Notes under the pieces: generated by a model
The model's input: only the letters and a program-made list of their open reading frames with translations
What the model was told of the DNA's origin: nothing
Databases searched by the model: none
Made by a program: the position numbers and the translations under genes
From: an uncultured Thermococci archaeon
GTDB taxonomy: Archaea > Methanobacteriota_B > Thermococci > Thermococcales > CAYNOZ01
Assembly: GCA_964436705.1 (NCBI GenBank)
Contig: CAYTEI010000002.1
Coordinates: 27,199-87,919 of the forward strand
Direction: 5' to 3'
Length of the DNA stretch: 60,721 bases
Shown here: positions 19,761 to 28,194 of the stretch, in pieces
Numbering within the stretch: the first letter of the stretch is position 1
Layout: the number at the start of each line of letters is the position of its first letter

Positions 19761-20543
19761 GTGATGACTATGGTTGAAGTCGGTATAATAGGCGGTTCAG
19801 GAATATACGATCCTGAAATCTTTGAAATTGTTGAAAAAAAGAACATTGACACTCCTTATGGATTGCCTTCAGATTCTGTTACTCTTGGAGAGATTAATGG
19901 AATTGAAGTAGCTTTTTTACCGCGGCATGGTTCAGAACATAAAATTCCACCGCATGAGGTTAATTATAGAGCAAACATTCATGCTCTAAATGAAGTTGGG
20001 GTTGAAAAATTAGTAACTATTTCTGCTGTTGGTAGTTTAGATGAAGATATAGCTCCAGGAAACTTTGTACTTCCGGATCAATTTATAGATGAAACTAAGA
20101 AGAGAAAATATTCTTTCTTTGATGGTCCACAGGTAGCTCATATTCAAATAGGGGAGGAACCCTTTTGTCCAGAATTAAGAGAAGTTCTAAAGGATCATTC
20201 GGATGGTTTTTTTGGAGGGACTGTTGTTGTTATTGAAGGGCCTAGATTTTCCACGAAAGCGGAATCGAAGATCTGGAAGGAAGTTTATGACGCTGATATT
20301 ATAAGCATGACACTTGTACCCGAAATTACTTTAGCTAGAGAGAAGGGTATGTGTTATGTAAATTTGGCTTCCGTTACTGATTACGATATTTGGGCTGATG
20401 AATCCGTTACAGCTACAGAAGTTGAAAAAGTAGCGCAGAAGAATTTAGAAGAATCTAAAGAGATCCTTTATGACTCTTTAGTTGAAATAAAGAATTCAGA
20501 TGATTGTAATTGTGCAGAGGCACTCGAAAGTGCTTTTCTCTAA
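19761..20543 (+). CDS. mtnP: 5'-methylthioadenosine/purine nucleoside phosphorylase (MTAP)
   Basis: VGIIGGSG, LPRHG..H.IPPHEVNYRANI, SAVGSL motifs. C-terminal CNC motif. The true start is probably ATG 19764 or 19770, about 26 nt after a TATA-like AAATATAT (likely leaderless). Confidence 0.85.
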   Translation: MMTMVEVGIIGGSGIYDPEIFEIVEKKNIDTPYGLPSDSVTLGEINGIEVAFLPRHGSEHKIPPHEVNYRANIHALNEVGVEKLVTISAVGSLDEDIAPGNFVLPDQFIDETKKRKYSFFDGPQVAHIQIGEEPFCPELREVLKDHSDGFFGGTVVVIEGPRFSTKAESKIWKEVYDADIISMTLVPEITLAREKGMCYVNLASVTDYDIWADESVTATEVEKVAQKNLEESKEILYDSLVEIKNSDDCNCAEALESAFL

Positions 20544-20621
20544 TTTTTAATTTAATATTTGTATCCTTTTTCCTTTTTAATAATTTCTGTTTTTTTAATT
20601 CTTTACCATAAACTTTATAAA

Positions 20622-20635
20622 TTAGGTTAACCTAA
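20622..20635. promoter_or_regulatory. Perfect 14-bp palindrome TTAGGTTAACCTAA: candidate DtxR/MntR-family operator (autoregulatory)
   Basis: Sits between TATA CTTTATAAA (20613-20621) and the repressor start (20642/20645). The arms equal the outer arms of the DtxR/IdeR iron-box consensus TTAGGTTAGCCTAACCTAA. Confidence 0.6.
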
Positions 20636-20641
20636 GAATTA

Positions 20642-21091
20642 TTGATGATATCCAGAAGAGAAGAAGACTACCTAGAAACAATTTTAAATCTTAAAAAAGA
20701 GAAGGAAACGGTTAAAACTAAAAATATAGCCAATAAATTAGGAATTAAGTCCCCTAGCGTAGTAGAAATGCTAGAAAAACTAAATAACAAAAATCTAGTT
20801 GATTACCGAAAGTATAAGGGAGTCAAATTAACTAAAAAGGGTAAAAGTAAAGCCAACAGTATAAAATATAGACATGAAACCATTAAAGACTTTCTTAAAA
20901 TTTTAAATGTGCCTGATGAAATTGCTAACGAAGATGCCTGTGTTATGGAGCACGAGTTACATCAAGAAACTGTTGAACAAATCCGAAAACTAATCGAATT
21001 TGTTAACGAACATCCAAGATTCCCAAAATGGTTGAAGCACTTCGAAGACTACTGCGATACCGGTGAACATAAATGCGAAAAAAAAGAATAA
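20642..21091 (+). CDS. MntR/DtxR-family metal-dependent repressor (two-domain form)
   Basis: Winged HTH (IANKLGIKSPSVVEMLEKL) plus a dimerisation/metal domain (EDACVMEHELH). ATG 20645 lies about 28 nt after TATA CTTTATAAA (leaderless-like). Confidence 0.8.
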   Translation: MMISRREEDYLETILNLKKEKETVKTKNIANKLGIKSPSVVEMLEKLNNKNLVDYRKYKGVKLTKKGKSKANSIKYRHETIKDFLKILNVPDEIANEDACVMEHELHQETVEQIRKLIEFVNEHPRFPKWLKHFEDYCDTGEHKCEKKE

Positions 21092-21142
21092 CTCTACTTT
21101 CTTATACAAAAATCCCAATATTTAAGCAAAACTAATAAAAAA

Positions 21143-21158
21143 ATTAGGGAAACCTAAT
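21143..21158. promoter_or_regulatory. Palindrome ATTAGGGAAACCTAAT: second candidate DtxR-family operator, in front of feoB
   Basis: 6-bp arms ATTAGG/CCTAAT with the same half-sites as the 20622 box. Follows an A-rich TATA-like tract, 29 nt before the feoB ATG. Confidence 0.55.
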
Positions 21159-21186
21159 AGGAAATAGAGAAACCCAACGTGATAAA

Positions 21187-23151
21187 ATGGAAAACGCAGA
21201 ACTTGAAAAAGAAATGATTGGAATTCAAGATAAAGAAGAATTGATAGCACTAGTCGGAAACCCAAATGTGGGGAAGTCTGTAGTATTTTCACATCTAACA
21301 GGTAAATACAGAGAGGTATCAAACTATCCTGGAACAACAGTAGACTTAAGCATAGGAAAGGGAGATATAAACGGGAAAAAAAGAGCTATAGTAGATACAC
21401 CTGGAGCAGATTCCCTAACTCCAATGTCCGAGGATCAAAAAGTTGCCAGAAACATCCTATTAGGGTCTAATCCAAGTAAAATTATTCAAGTTGCAGATGC
21501 AAAGAATCTAAAACGTTCACTAATGATGTTTCTTCAATTATCTGAACTTGAGATTCCTACTATTCTAAACCTTAACATGATAGATGAGGCCAGAACAAAG
21601 AGAATACAAATTGACTCCAAAAATCTTTCGAAAGAACTCGGAGTACCAGTATGTGAAACAGTTGCTCCAGAAGGAAAAGGAATAAAAAACCTAAAAGGAA
21701 CTTTAGATGAAGCAAAGATACCTAATGTTAAACCCGATTATCCTAACGAAATAGAAAAGTCCCTTGACAAATTAAGAAGAATATTTGATAATAGAGGTAC
21801 ATCATTACTTTTCTTAATGGCTCCAAGAGAAATGAAGGACTTTATAGAAACCAAATATGGAAAAGATGATCTTGAAAATGCAGAAAAAATCTTGAATGAG
21901 CTAAAAAAGAAGTTTAGTAGAGATCTTAGTTATGTTATTACTATGGCTATAAGAGAAAAAGCTCAAGAAATCTATAATAGGAATGTCGTTAAGGAAAAAA
22001 ATGAGAAGACCCCTATTAAGGAAAAAATAAGTGAGCTTACCCTTCGACCAATAACCGGGATCCCTATCTTTATAGGGGTCATGTATATATTTTATCAATT
22101 TGTTGGTAATATAGGGGCTCAAATCATCGTAGATTTTCTTGAGGGAGTTGTATTTGGAGAATATATTAATCCTCTTCTGAGAAATATATTTTACAGCTCT
22201 TTAGGGGATAATTTTATTTCTGAAATACTAGTGGGAGAATTTGGGGTTCTTACCGTAGGTCTTGCATGGTCAATAGCCCTAATTTTGCCTATTATTACTA
22301 CTTTCTTTCTAGCCTTCTCCTTCCTAGAAGATTGTGGATATATACCAAGATTAGCTTCTATGACTGATAAATTATTCAGAAAAATCGGCTTAAACGGAAA
22401 AGCAGTACTTCCAATGATTCTAGGACTTGGATGTGACTCTATGGCGACCGTTACAACGAGGACCCTTGATACCAAAAAAGAAAGAATTATTGCAACTTTG
22501 ATGTTAGCTTTAGGAATACCTTGTTCAGCACAATTAGGAATTATCTTTGCAGTAATGTCACTAGTGCCAGCACAATATTTTTACGCTTGGATTCTTGTAG
22601 TCCTTTCTCAACTGATTTTAGTAGCTTGGCTTTCATCTAAATTAATTCCAGGGGGAAGGGGTGACTTTATAATGGAATTACCTCCAATAAGAATGCCTAA
22701 ATTAAAGAATGTATTAAGAAAAACTTACTACAAAGTTAAATGGTTTTTTAAGGAAGTTGTTCCTTTCTTTATGTTTGGAACCTTCATTGTTAGCATTGCA
22801 AAGATAACTGGGTTTTTAGAAGCCCTAGTCCAAAGTATAAGACCAGTTATACACAATTGGATGGGGCTACCAACTGACGCCGCAGTTGTTTTCGTATTTG
22901 GATTTATTAGAAGAGATTTCGGTGCAGCTGGTCTACTTAATATGGCACGTGCAGGATTAACCAATCATCAAATTCTTGTTGCAACGGTTGGAATAACTCT
23001 TTTTGTTCCATGTGTAGCTAATTTTTTGGTTATAATTAAGGAAAGAGGATTAATAACCGCTTTAGCAATATTAACTTTCATAATTCCATATGCATTCCTT
23101 GTAGCGGGAATATTACATCACGCCCTTAATATATTTGGAGGTGTATTATAA
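21187..23151 (+). CDS. feoB: Ferrous iron transporter FeoB
   Basis: N-terminal G domain GNPNVGKS / DTPG / NMID, then a polytopic permease with gate motifs. Confidence 0.92.
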   Translation: MENAELEKEMIGIQDKEELIALVGNPNVGKSVVFSHLTGKYREVSNYPGTTVDLSIGKGDINGKKRAIVDTPGADSLTPMSEDQKVARNILLGSNPSKIIQVADAKNLKRSLMMFLQLSELEIPTILNLNMIDEARTKRIQIDSKNLSKELGVPVCETVAPEGKGIKNLKGTLDEAKIPNVKPDYPNEIEKSLDKLRRIFDNRGTSLLFLMAPREMKDFIETKYGKDDLENAEKILNELKKKFSRDLSYVITMAIREKAQEIYNRNVVKEKNEKTPIKEKISELTLRPITGIPIFIGVMYIFYQFVGNIGAQIIVDFLEGVVFGEYINPLLRNIFYSSLGDNFISEILVGEFGVLTVGLAWSIALILPIITTFFLAFSFLEDCGYIPRLASMTDKLFRKIGLNGKAVLPMILGLGCDSMATVTTRTLDTKKERIIATLMLALGIPCSAQLGIIFAVMSLVPAQYFYAWILVVLSQLILVAWLSSKLIPGGRGDFIMELPPIRMPKLKNVLRKTYYKVKWFFKEVVPFFMFGTFIVSIAKITGFLEALVQSIRPVIHNWMGLPTDAAVVFVFGFIRRDFGAAGLLNMARAGLTNHQILVATVGITLFVPCVANFLVIIKERGLITALAILTFIIPYAFLVAGILHHALNIFGGVL

Positions 23152-23294
23152 TTAACCAATGCCCTCTTTGTGGTAATAAATTCAAACAAGGCGAGACTTC
23201 ATCTTGTAATGGATGTCCCATCGCTGGTAATTGCAACATGATTAAGTGTCCTAATTGTGGATATGAGTTTTTACCGAATTCCGAAGGTGATTAA
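23148..23294 (+). CDS. Small Cys-rich zinc-ribbon protein (7 Cys), non-ATG start
   Basis: Open frame 23130-23294 encodes NQCPLCGNKFKQGETSSCNGCPIAGNCNMIKCPNCGYEFLPNSEGD. GGAGGTG at 23137-23143 precedes ATA 23148 / ATT 23151. There is no in-frame ATG, GTG or TTG before the first CxxC. Confidence 0.55.
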   Translation: MINQCPLCGNKFKQGETSSCNGCPIAGNCNMIKCPNCGYEFLPNSEGD

Positions 23295-24011
23295 ATGAAT
23301 CAAAATATTAATCAAAATGAGATCGATGAGGCTTTAGAGATCATTTGGACTTTAGAAGAGAAAGGAGTGAAGAACAGTGAAAAATTTAAAGAAGAGTATA
23401 GTAAAGAAATGGCAAAGAAAGATAATCTACATTTGAAGAATAGTTATGAAAACATTAAAGACGAAATTTTGGAAGAATTAAAGAGTAGAGAACTAGTTGA
23501 GATTAAAGATGGTAAATTAATCCTCTCAAATAAAGGACATGAAAAAGCTAGAAACATTGTTAGAAGACATAGACTAGCAGAGAGATTAATGGTAGATGTT
23601 CTTGATATGGGAAAAGAAGAAGTTGAAAAACCTGCATGCGAATTTGAGCACTTACTTTCAAAAGAGGTAACTAGTAGGATATGCACCCTCCTAGGTCACC
23701 CGGAAGAATGTCCACACGGGCTACCGATACCCGGTGGAAGTTGCTGTGAAACAGAAAAGAAAACTATTTCACCTACTGTTATTCCTCTAACCAAGGCAAA
23801 CATTGGAGAAACAGTTAAGGTTGCTTATATTCAAACTGAGAGCCACTCAAGGATCCATAAGTTATTATCATATGATGTTGGGCCAGGAACTGAAATAAAG
23901 GTTCATCAAAAAAATCCTACGTATGTAATCAGAGTAGGAGAAACCGATATCGCATTTGAGAGAGATGTCGTCGAAGATATTTATGTAAAAACTATCAATA
24001 ATATAGAATGA
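23295..24011 (+). CDS. DtxR-family iron-dependent repressor with C-terminal FeoA/SH3-like domain
   Basis: HRLAERLMVDVL, CEFEHLLS and ECPHG metal-site-like motifs. C-terminal FeoA-like beta domain (GETVKVAYIQ...GTEIKV). The ATG abuts the upstream stop (TAAATG). Confidence 0.78.
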   Translation: MNQNINQNEIDEALEIIWTLEEKGVKNSEKFKEEYSKEMAKKDNLHLKNSYENIKDEILEELKSRELVEIKDGKLILSNKGHEKARNIVRRHRLAERLMVDVLDMGKEEVEKPACEFEHLLSKEVTSRICTLLGHPEECPHGLPIPGGSCCETEKKTISPTVIPLTKANIGETVKVAYIQTESHSRIHKLLSYDVGPGTEIKVHQKNPTYVIRVGETDIAFERDVVEDIYVKTINNIE

Positions 24012-24013
24012 TA

Positions 24014-24472
24014 TTATTTTTTTATATCTGCTATTAACGTTTTATTCCCAATTAGGACCTCAGAAGGCGGTATTTTTAATAAATGGTGTTCAGATCCTCC
24101 GCCTCCATATACATATTCTTTTTGGACTACTCCATTATCAACGAGTTTTGGGAGATCCAATCCTATTGGTGGAACGGAACCAACAGGATAATCAGTCATA
24201 TCTTTTACCAGGCTTGGTGAAGCTAGTTCGCAGCTTTGAGTATTTAATTCTTTCTTAATCTTATTTCTAGAGACTTTATACTTACCCGAAATTATTATCA
24301 GCATAGGATCTTTGTCTGTTTTGAATAAGAGGCTTTTAATTATCTGGTCCTCGTCTATACCTAAGGCATTTGCTGCTTCCTCTACTGTTCGAACAGAGCT
24401 CTCTAGGTCTAGAAGTTCAGCCTCTATTTCATTGTTCTCTATGTAACTAGTTAAATCCTTAGAAGTTTTCAC
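24014..24472 (-). CDS. ybaK: YbaK/ProX-type aminoacyl-tRNA deacylase
   Basis: YbaK/EbsC-like pattern (IIKSLLFK...MLIIISGKYKVS...YPVGSVPPIG). Confidence 0.7.
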   Translation of the reverse strand: MKTSKDLTSYIENNEIEAELLDLESSVRTVEEAANALGIDEDQIIKSLLFKTDKDPMLIIISGKYKVSRNKIKKELNTQSCELASPSLVKDMTDYPVGSVPPIGLDLPKLVDNGVVQKEYVYGGGGSEHHLLKIPPSEVLIGNKTLIADIKK

Positions 24473-24476
24473 GTTT

Positions 24477-24827
24477 TCATCCCTCCTCTATTTTTCTAAT
24501 ATTTACAATTACATCATCAACCCCATCTAGTTCCTCTTTTATTCTTTCTTTAGTTTTTATACCGGCCTCTTTTTCTATTTCTTCGATCTGAGAATTTGCT
24601 ATATCTTCTTCAGTTTTAACTTCGAAATCATGCTCTAAGCTCTTTGATTCCATTATATCCCCAGATAAGAGTTCTTTCACGTGTTTTTGGGCAAACCAAG
24701 TAGTAAGTTCCTCATATTGCGGTATAACCTTTTCTTTTACATACTCAAGATCATCTAAATTCTTCATAGAATTCATAGAGGCCTTCTCTTTAACATTTAA
24801 CTTTATAGTAACCCCAAATTTAACCAC
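24477..24827 (-). CDS. Hypothetical acidic protein
   Basis: ORF with coding-like composition, 4 nt upstream of ybaK. Start ambiguous (GTG 24827 or ATG 24776). No family recognised. Confidence 0.4.
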   Translation of the reverse strand: MVKFGVTIKLNVKEKASMNSMKNLDDLEYVKEKVIPQYEELTTWFAQKHVKELLSGDIMESKSLEHDFEVKTEEDIANSQIEEIEKEAGIKTKERIKEELDGVDDVIVNIRKIEEG

Positions 24828-24919
24828 AGAATCAACCCTATTATTTTGAATTGAAATAGATCAGAAAGATTAATAGAAAGGAAAATAAGATTGAATAATC
24901 TGAATCTATACAAGACCCC

Positions 24920-25201
24920 TTATCTTGCGAGTTTGATACTTATTGTAGAGACATTTGTCATGTCTCCTTCCTCTTCTGTCTCTATTTCCTCAGTTCCTAT
25001 GTCAATACTGTTTACTTCTATGTTAGGTAGAAATCTGTTCCTGGTTATCTCCGCTACATCAACTGCTCTACTTATAGCTCTACCCCGTGCCATTAAATCT
25101 ACTTCATCGGTTTTGCCTTCGTTGAATTGAGTCATAACAGCTGTTACATAGTTCATAACCTGCTTGTTTCCAATGTATACAGTATTATCTTCTCCTGCCA
25201 T
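24920..25201 (-). CDS. albA: Alba chromatin/RNA-binding protein
   Basis: [17 protein letters not shown]...[23 protein letters not shown] lies 6 nt before ATG 25201. The track's TTG 25216 lies upstream of that SD. Confidence 0.9.
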   Translation of the reverse strand: MAGEDNTVYIGNKQVMNYVTAVMTQFNEGKTDEVDLMARGRAISRAVDVAEITRNRFLPNIEVNSIDIGTEEIETEEEGDMTNVSTISIKLAR

Positions 25202-25327
25202 TTTTTGTACCTCCAATGTTTTACATGAACTATATTAAGATCGCCTTAATATAACTTTCGGTAATTATTAACCTTTCAAAAATAAAAATGATTTATAACA
25301 CTAGGAATATAACTTATGTGATTAACA

Positions 25328-26272
25328 ATGCTAGAAGTGTTCTTTCTTGGGACCGGCGGAATAATGCCAACAAAAGAGAGAAATGTTTCTTCAACCGCTA
25401 TAAAGTATAATGGAGAATCTATACTACTTGATTGTGGTGAAGGAACACAAAGACAAATGCAAATGACAAATGTTAGTCCAATGAGCATAGAGAACATATT
25501 CATATCTCATTTCCACGGGGATCACTACATAGGACTTTTACCGTTAATCCAATCTATGTCTCTTCTAGATAGAGAAAAAAAACTAGACATCTATGGACCA
25601 AAAATGACTGAAAATTTCATTAAAAATCTACTAACATCCGGATTCCTTGGTTTGGAATTCCCGATATATGTTCATGAAATCACCGGTAAAGAGAAAATAG
25701 AATTTAATGATTACTTTATTTCCACTTTCAAAACAAAGCACGGTATACCCTCCTTAGGTTATGTTTTTAAAGAAAAGGATAAAAGAGGAAAATTTAATGT
25801 TGAAAAAGCTAAAAGTCTTGGATTAGAGCCCGGTCCAAAATTTAGAGAGCTTGAAAATGGAGAAACAGTAATTGTTAACGGACGAAAAATAGAACCGGAT
25901 GAAGTGATTGGGGAAAAAAGAATTGGAAGGAAAATTGTCTATTCTGGAGACACCAAACCAACTTCGAATACAGTTAAAAAATCAGAGAATGCTGATTTAT
26001 TAATACATGAATGTACCTTTCTAGAAGAAGATGAAAGAGAAGATTCTTACCATACTATTGCAGAAGAAGCAATAAATTTAGCTAGAAAAGCCGATGCTAA
26101 AACTTTAGCCATGGTCCATAGGAGCCCAAGGTATAAGCATGAAGAATACAAAGAATCTATCCATGAAAAATTTGATATTGATCAAAATAAGTGCATTTCA
26201 GGACTTGAGGTAATAATTCCCAAGGACCTGCAAAGGATCGAGATCACAATGGATGAGGGTAAAAATGATTAG
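25328..26272 (+). CDS. rnz: Ribonuclease Z (tRNA 3' endonuclease)
   Basis: Metallo-beta-lactamase HFHGDH motif. GTGG at the N-terminus. Length and layout are typical of short RNase Z. Confidence 0.87.
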   Translation: MLEVFFLGTGGIMPTKERNVSSTAIKYNGESILLDCGEGTQRQMQMTNVSPMSIENIFISHFHGDHYIGLLPLIQSMSLLDREKKLDIYGPKMTENFIKNLLTSGFLGLEFPIYVHEITGKEKIEFNDYFISTFKTKHGIPSLGYVFKEKDKRGKFNVEKAKSLGLEPGPKFRELENGETVIVNGRKIEPDEVIGEKRIGRKIVYSGDTKPTSNTVKKSENADLLIHECTFLEEDEREDSYHTIAEEAINLARKADAKTLAMVHRSPRYKHEEYKESIHEKFDIDQNKCISGLEVIIPKDLQRIEITMDEGKND

Positions 26273-26924
26273 TGATTTAGTGAAGATAGTTGGAACCGGA
26301 CATGTCTTTAAAGAAAGTGCTGAAAGGGCTAGAAAAACAATATTGAAACAGAAACCATCCGTTGTTGCCGTTGAGCTAGATAGGGAGAGATATATCTCAT
26401 TGCTTCACGAGGAATATGGTGGTAAAAAAAAAGAAAATGGGGTAACTAAAAATAACGTAATGAATCCTTGGTCTTTCATGTTATCTAAGGTTCAGGAGAA
26501 GCTGGGAAAGCAGTTTGGAATGGCTCCTGGCGGGGATATGTTGTCCGCAATCAAAGCTGCGAAGGAGATAGGTGCGGAGATAGCACTAATTGATCAAGAT
26601 TTTAGGATTACAATGAGCCATATATCCAATGCACCGGTCAATGAGAAATTTATGCTTTTGAAGGAAGGTCTAGGAATTTTTCTTTCTAATGAAAGTATTG
26701 GCGAAATCGAAAATGAAACTTTCAATGTTGAGAAACTAATGTCCGTTTTTAAGAATAGCTATCCGTTTTTATTTAGAAAACTCGTTTTTGAGCGTGATAA
26801 TTTTATGGGAAAGCAAATTCTCGAAATTCTTCATGATGTAGATAATTTTAAAAAGCCTACGGTTGTTGCTGTAGTTGGTATGGGGCATTCCGCAGGAATA
26901 AAAAAATATTTAAAGGCGCGTTGA
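26253..26924 (+). CDS. TraB/PrgY-family protein
   Basis: VGTGHVFKESAERARKTIL..KPSVVAVELDRERY and C-terminal VVGMGHSAGI are characteristic of the TraB family. Confidence 0.7.
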   Translation: MRVKMISDLVKIVGTGHVFKESAERARKTILKQKPSVVAVELDRERYISLLHEEYGGKKKENGVTKNNVMNPWSFMLSKVQEKLGKQFGMAPGGDMLSAIKAAKEIGAEIALIDQDFRITMSHISNAPVNEKFMLLKEGLGIFLSNESIGEIENETFNVEKLMSVFKNSYPFLFRKLVFERDNFMGKQILEILHDVDNFKKPTVVAVVGMGHSAGIKKYLKAR

Positions 26925-26946
26925 AATTCTCATTGGAGGGTTTGCA

Positions 26947-27144
26947 TTGGTAGAGGAAGAAGTTAAAGAAAGACTCGAAAGGATGCTTAAGACCGATGTA
27001 TTAGATATTGAAGAAGAAGAGGATGATAAGCTAGTCGTAACTGTTCCTGAGGAGGATGTTAGGTTAGCTGTTGGATCTGGAGGTACCGTGGTAAAAGCAG
27101 CAGAATTAGCTTTAGGGAAAAGCATAGAGATTGAAGGTAGGTAA
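26947..27144 (+). CDS. Small KH-domain RNA-binding protein
   Basis: GSGG (GxxG) loop in VRLAVGSGGTVVKAAELALGKSIEI. TTG start 6 nt after GGAGGG. Confidence 0.6.
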   Translation: MVEEEVKERLERMLKTDVLDIEEEEDDKLVVTVPEEDVRLAVGSGGTVVKAAELALGKSIEIEGR

Positions 27145-27225
27145 TTCTTAGGTTTTAATGATTATAGTACTTTATATTTTAATTTTATTGATTTTAAATT
27201 TAATTGACTTTTCTAGGTGGGCATT

Positions 27226-28194
27226 ATGGGTTACAGGAAGGTACAGATAACAGGAGGAGGAACTTATACTGTCTCACTTCCAAAAGAATGGGTAGAAGAA
27301 AACTCTATTAATAAGGGGGATCAGGTCTCTGTTTCCGTAAAAAAAGATAATTCAATTCTAATCTCACCTAAAGAAAAAAAATCTTCAAAAAAAACTAAAA
27401 TAAAAGTCACTGAAGATCTTAGCTTAATTATTAGGAAGTTCATAACTAAGTACTTAGAAGGTTATGATGAGATTGAAATTTATACTGAAAATAGACTAAC
27501 CCCAGAATTTCGGAAAGATTTGAAAGAAACAGTTCAAAACCTAATAGGTGTAGAAACTTTTGAGGAAACCTCAAAGAAAATGGTATTTCAAACCCTAGTT
27601 GAATCCGGATCAATGGAACTCAACAATATGCTGAGAAGACTTTCAGTAATAACTATTTCCATGTATAGTGATAGCATAGAAGGACTAAAAGGTAATTTCT
27701 CAACCTTAGACATACAATCCAGAGATGATGAAGTTGATAAACTACATTTTTATATACGAAGAGAAATAAATGAAGCATTAACGAATTATTCAATTCTTAA
27801 TTTATTAGGAATAGAAGAAAAAACTAATTCAGTTAATTACATATTAATTTCAAAAAATTATGAAAGGATTGCTGACTACGCTGTAGAGATTAGTAGTTTG
27901 ATTCCGAAATTAGAGGATGATCCTCCTTCAGAACTTTTAGAGTATGCCGAACAATCTATTGAGATATATAAAGAATGTACAGACGCATACTTTAAAAAAG
28001 ATAATAGAAAAGCTAATAAAATCTTAAATAGATATTCAAAGATTAAGAAAAAGTCTGATAATATCCTTAAAACCCTATATAAGGAAAAAGAAGGAAAAAA
28101 TCTAGTACTTTACACATCAATTCTTGATGGAATAAGAAGCGTAATAAGACACTCAACAAACATTGCCAGAGTAACTATTAATTTATCTACCTAA
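27226..28194 (+). CDS. PhoU-domain regulator with N-terminal AbrB/SpoVT-like domain
   Basis: SpoVT/AbrB-like GGTYTVSLPKEWVEE followed by two PhoU-like helical repeats. AGGTGG SD favours ATG 27226 over GTG 27217. Confidence 0.72.
   Translation: MGYRKVQITGGGTYTVSLPKEWVEENSINKGDQVSVSVKKDNSILISPKEKKSSKKTKIKVTEDLSLIIRKFITKYLEGYDEIEIYTENRLTPEFRKDLKETVQNLIGVETFEETSKKMVFQTLVESGSMELNNMLRRLSVITISMYSDSIEGLKGNFSTLDIQSRDDEVDKLHFYIRREINEALTNYSILNLLGIEEKTNSVNYILISKNYERIADYAVEISSLIPKLEDDPPSELLEYAEQSIEIYKECTDAYFKKDNRKANKILNRYSKIKKKSDNILKTLYKEKEGKNLVLYTSILDGIRSVIRHSTNIARVTINLST

Noticed and set aside
24891-25130. 79-aa plus-strand ORF opposite alba; similarly 25276-25503 opposite rnz, 16098-16307 opposite cdc48, and 50556-50897 in an alternative frame of the binding-protein gene.
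   Set aside because: Each overlaps a strongly supported gene and has low-complexity or hydrophobic composition typical of shadow ORFs.
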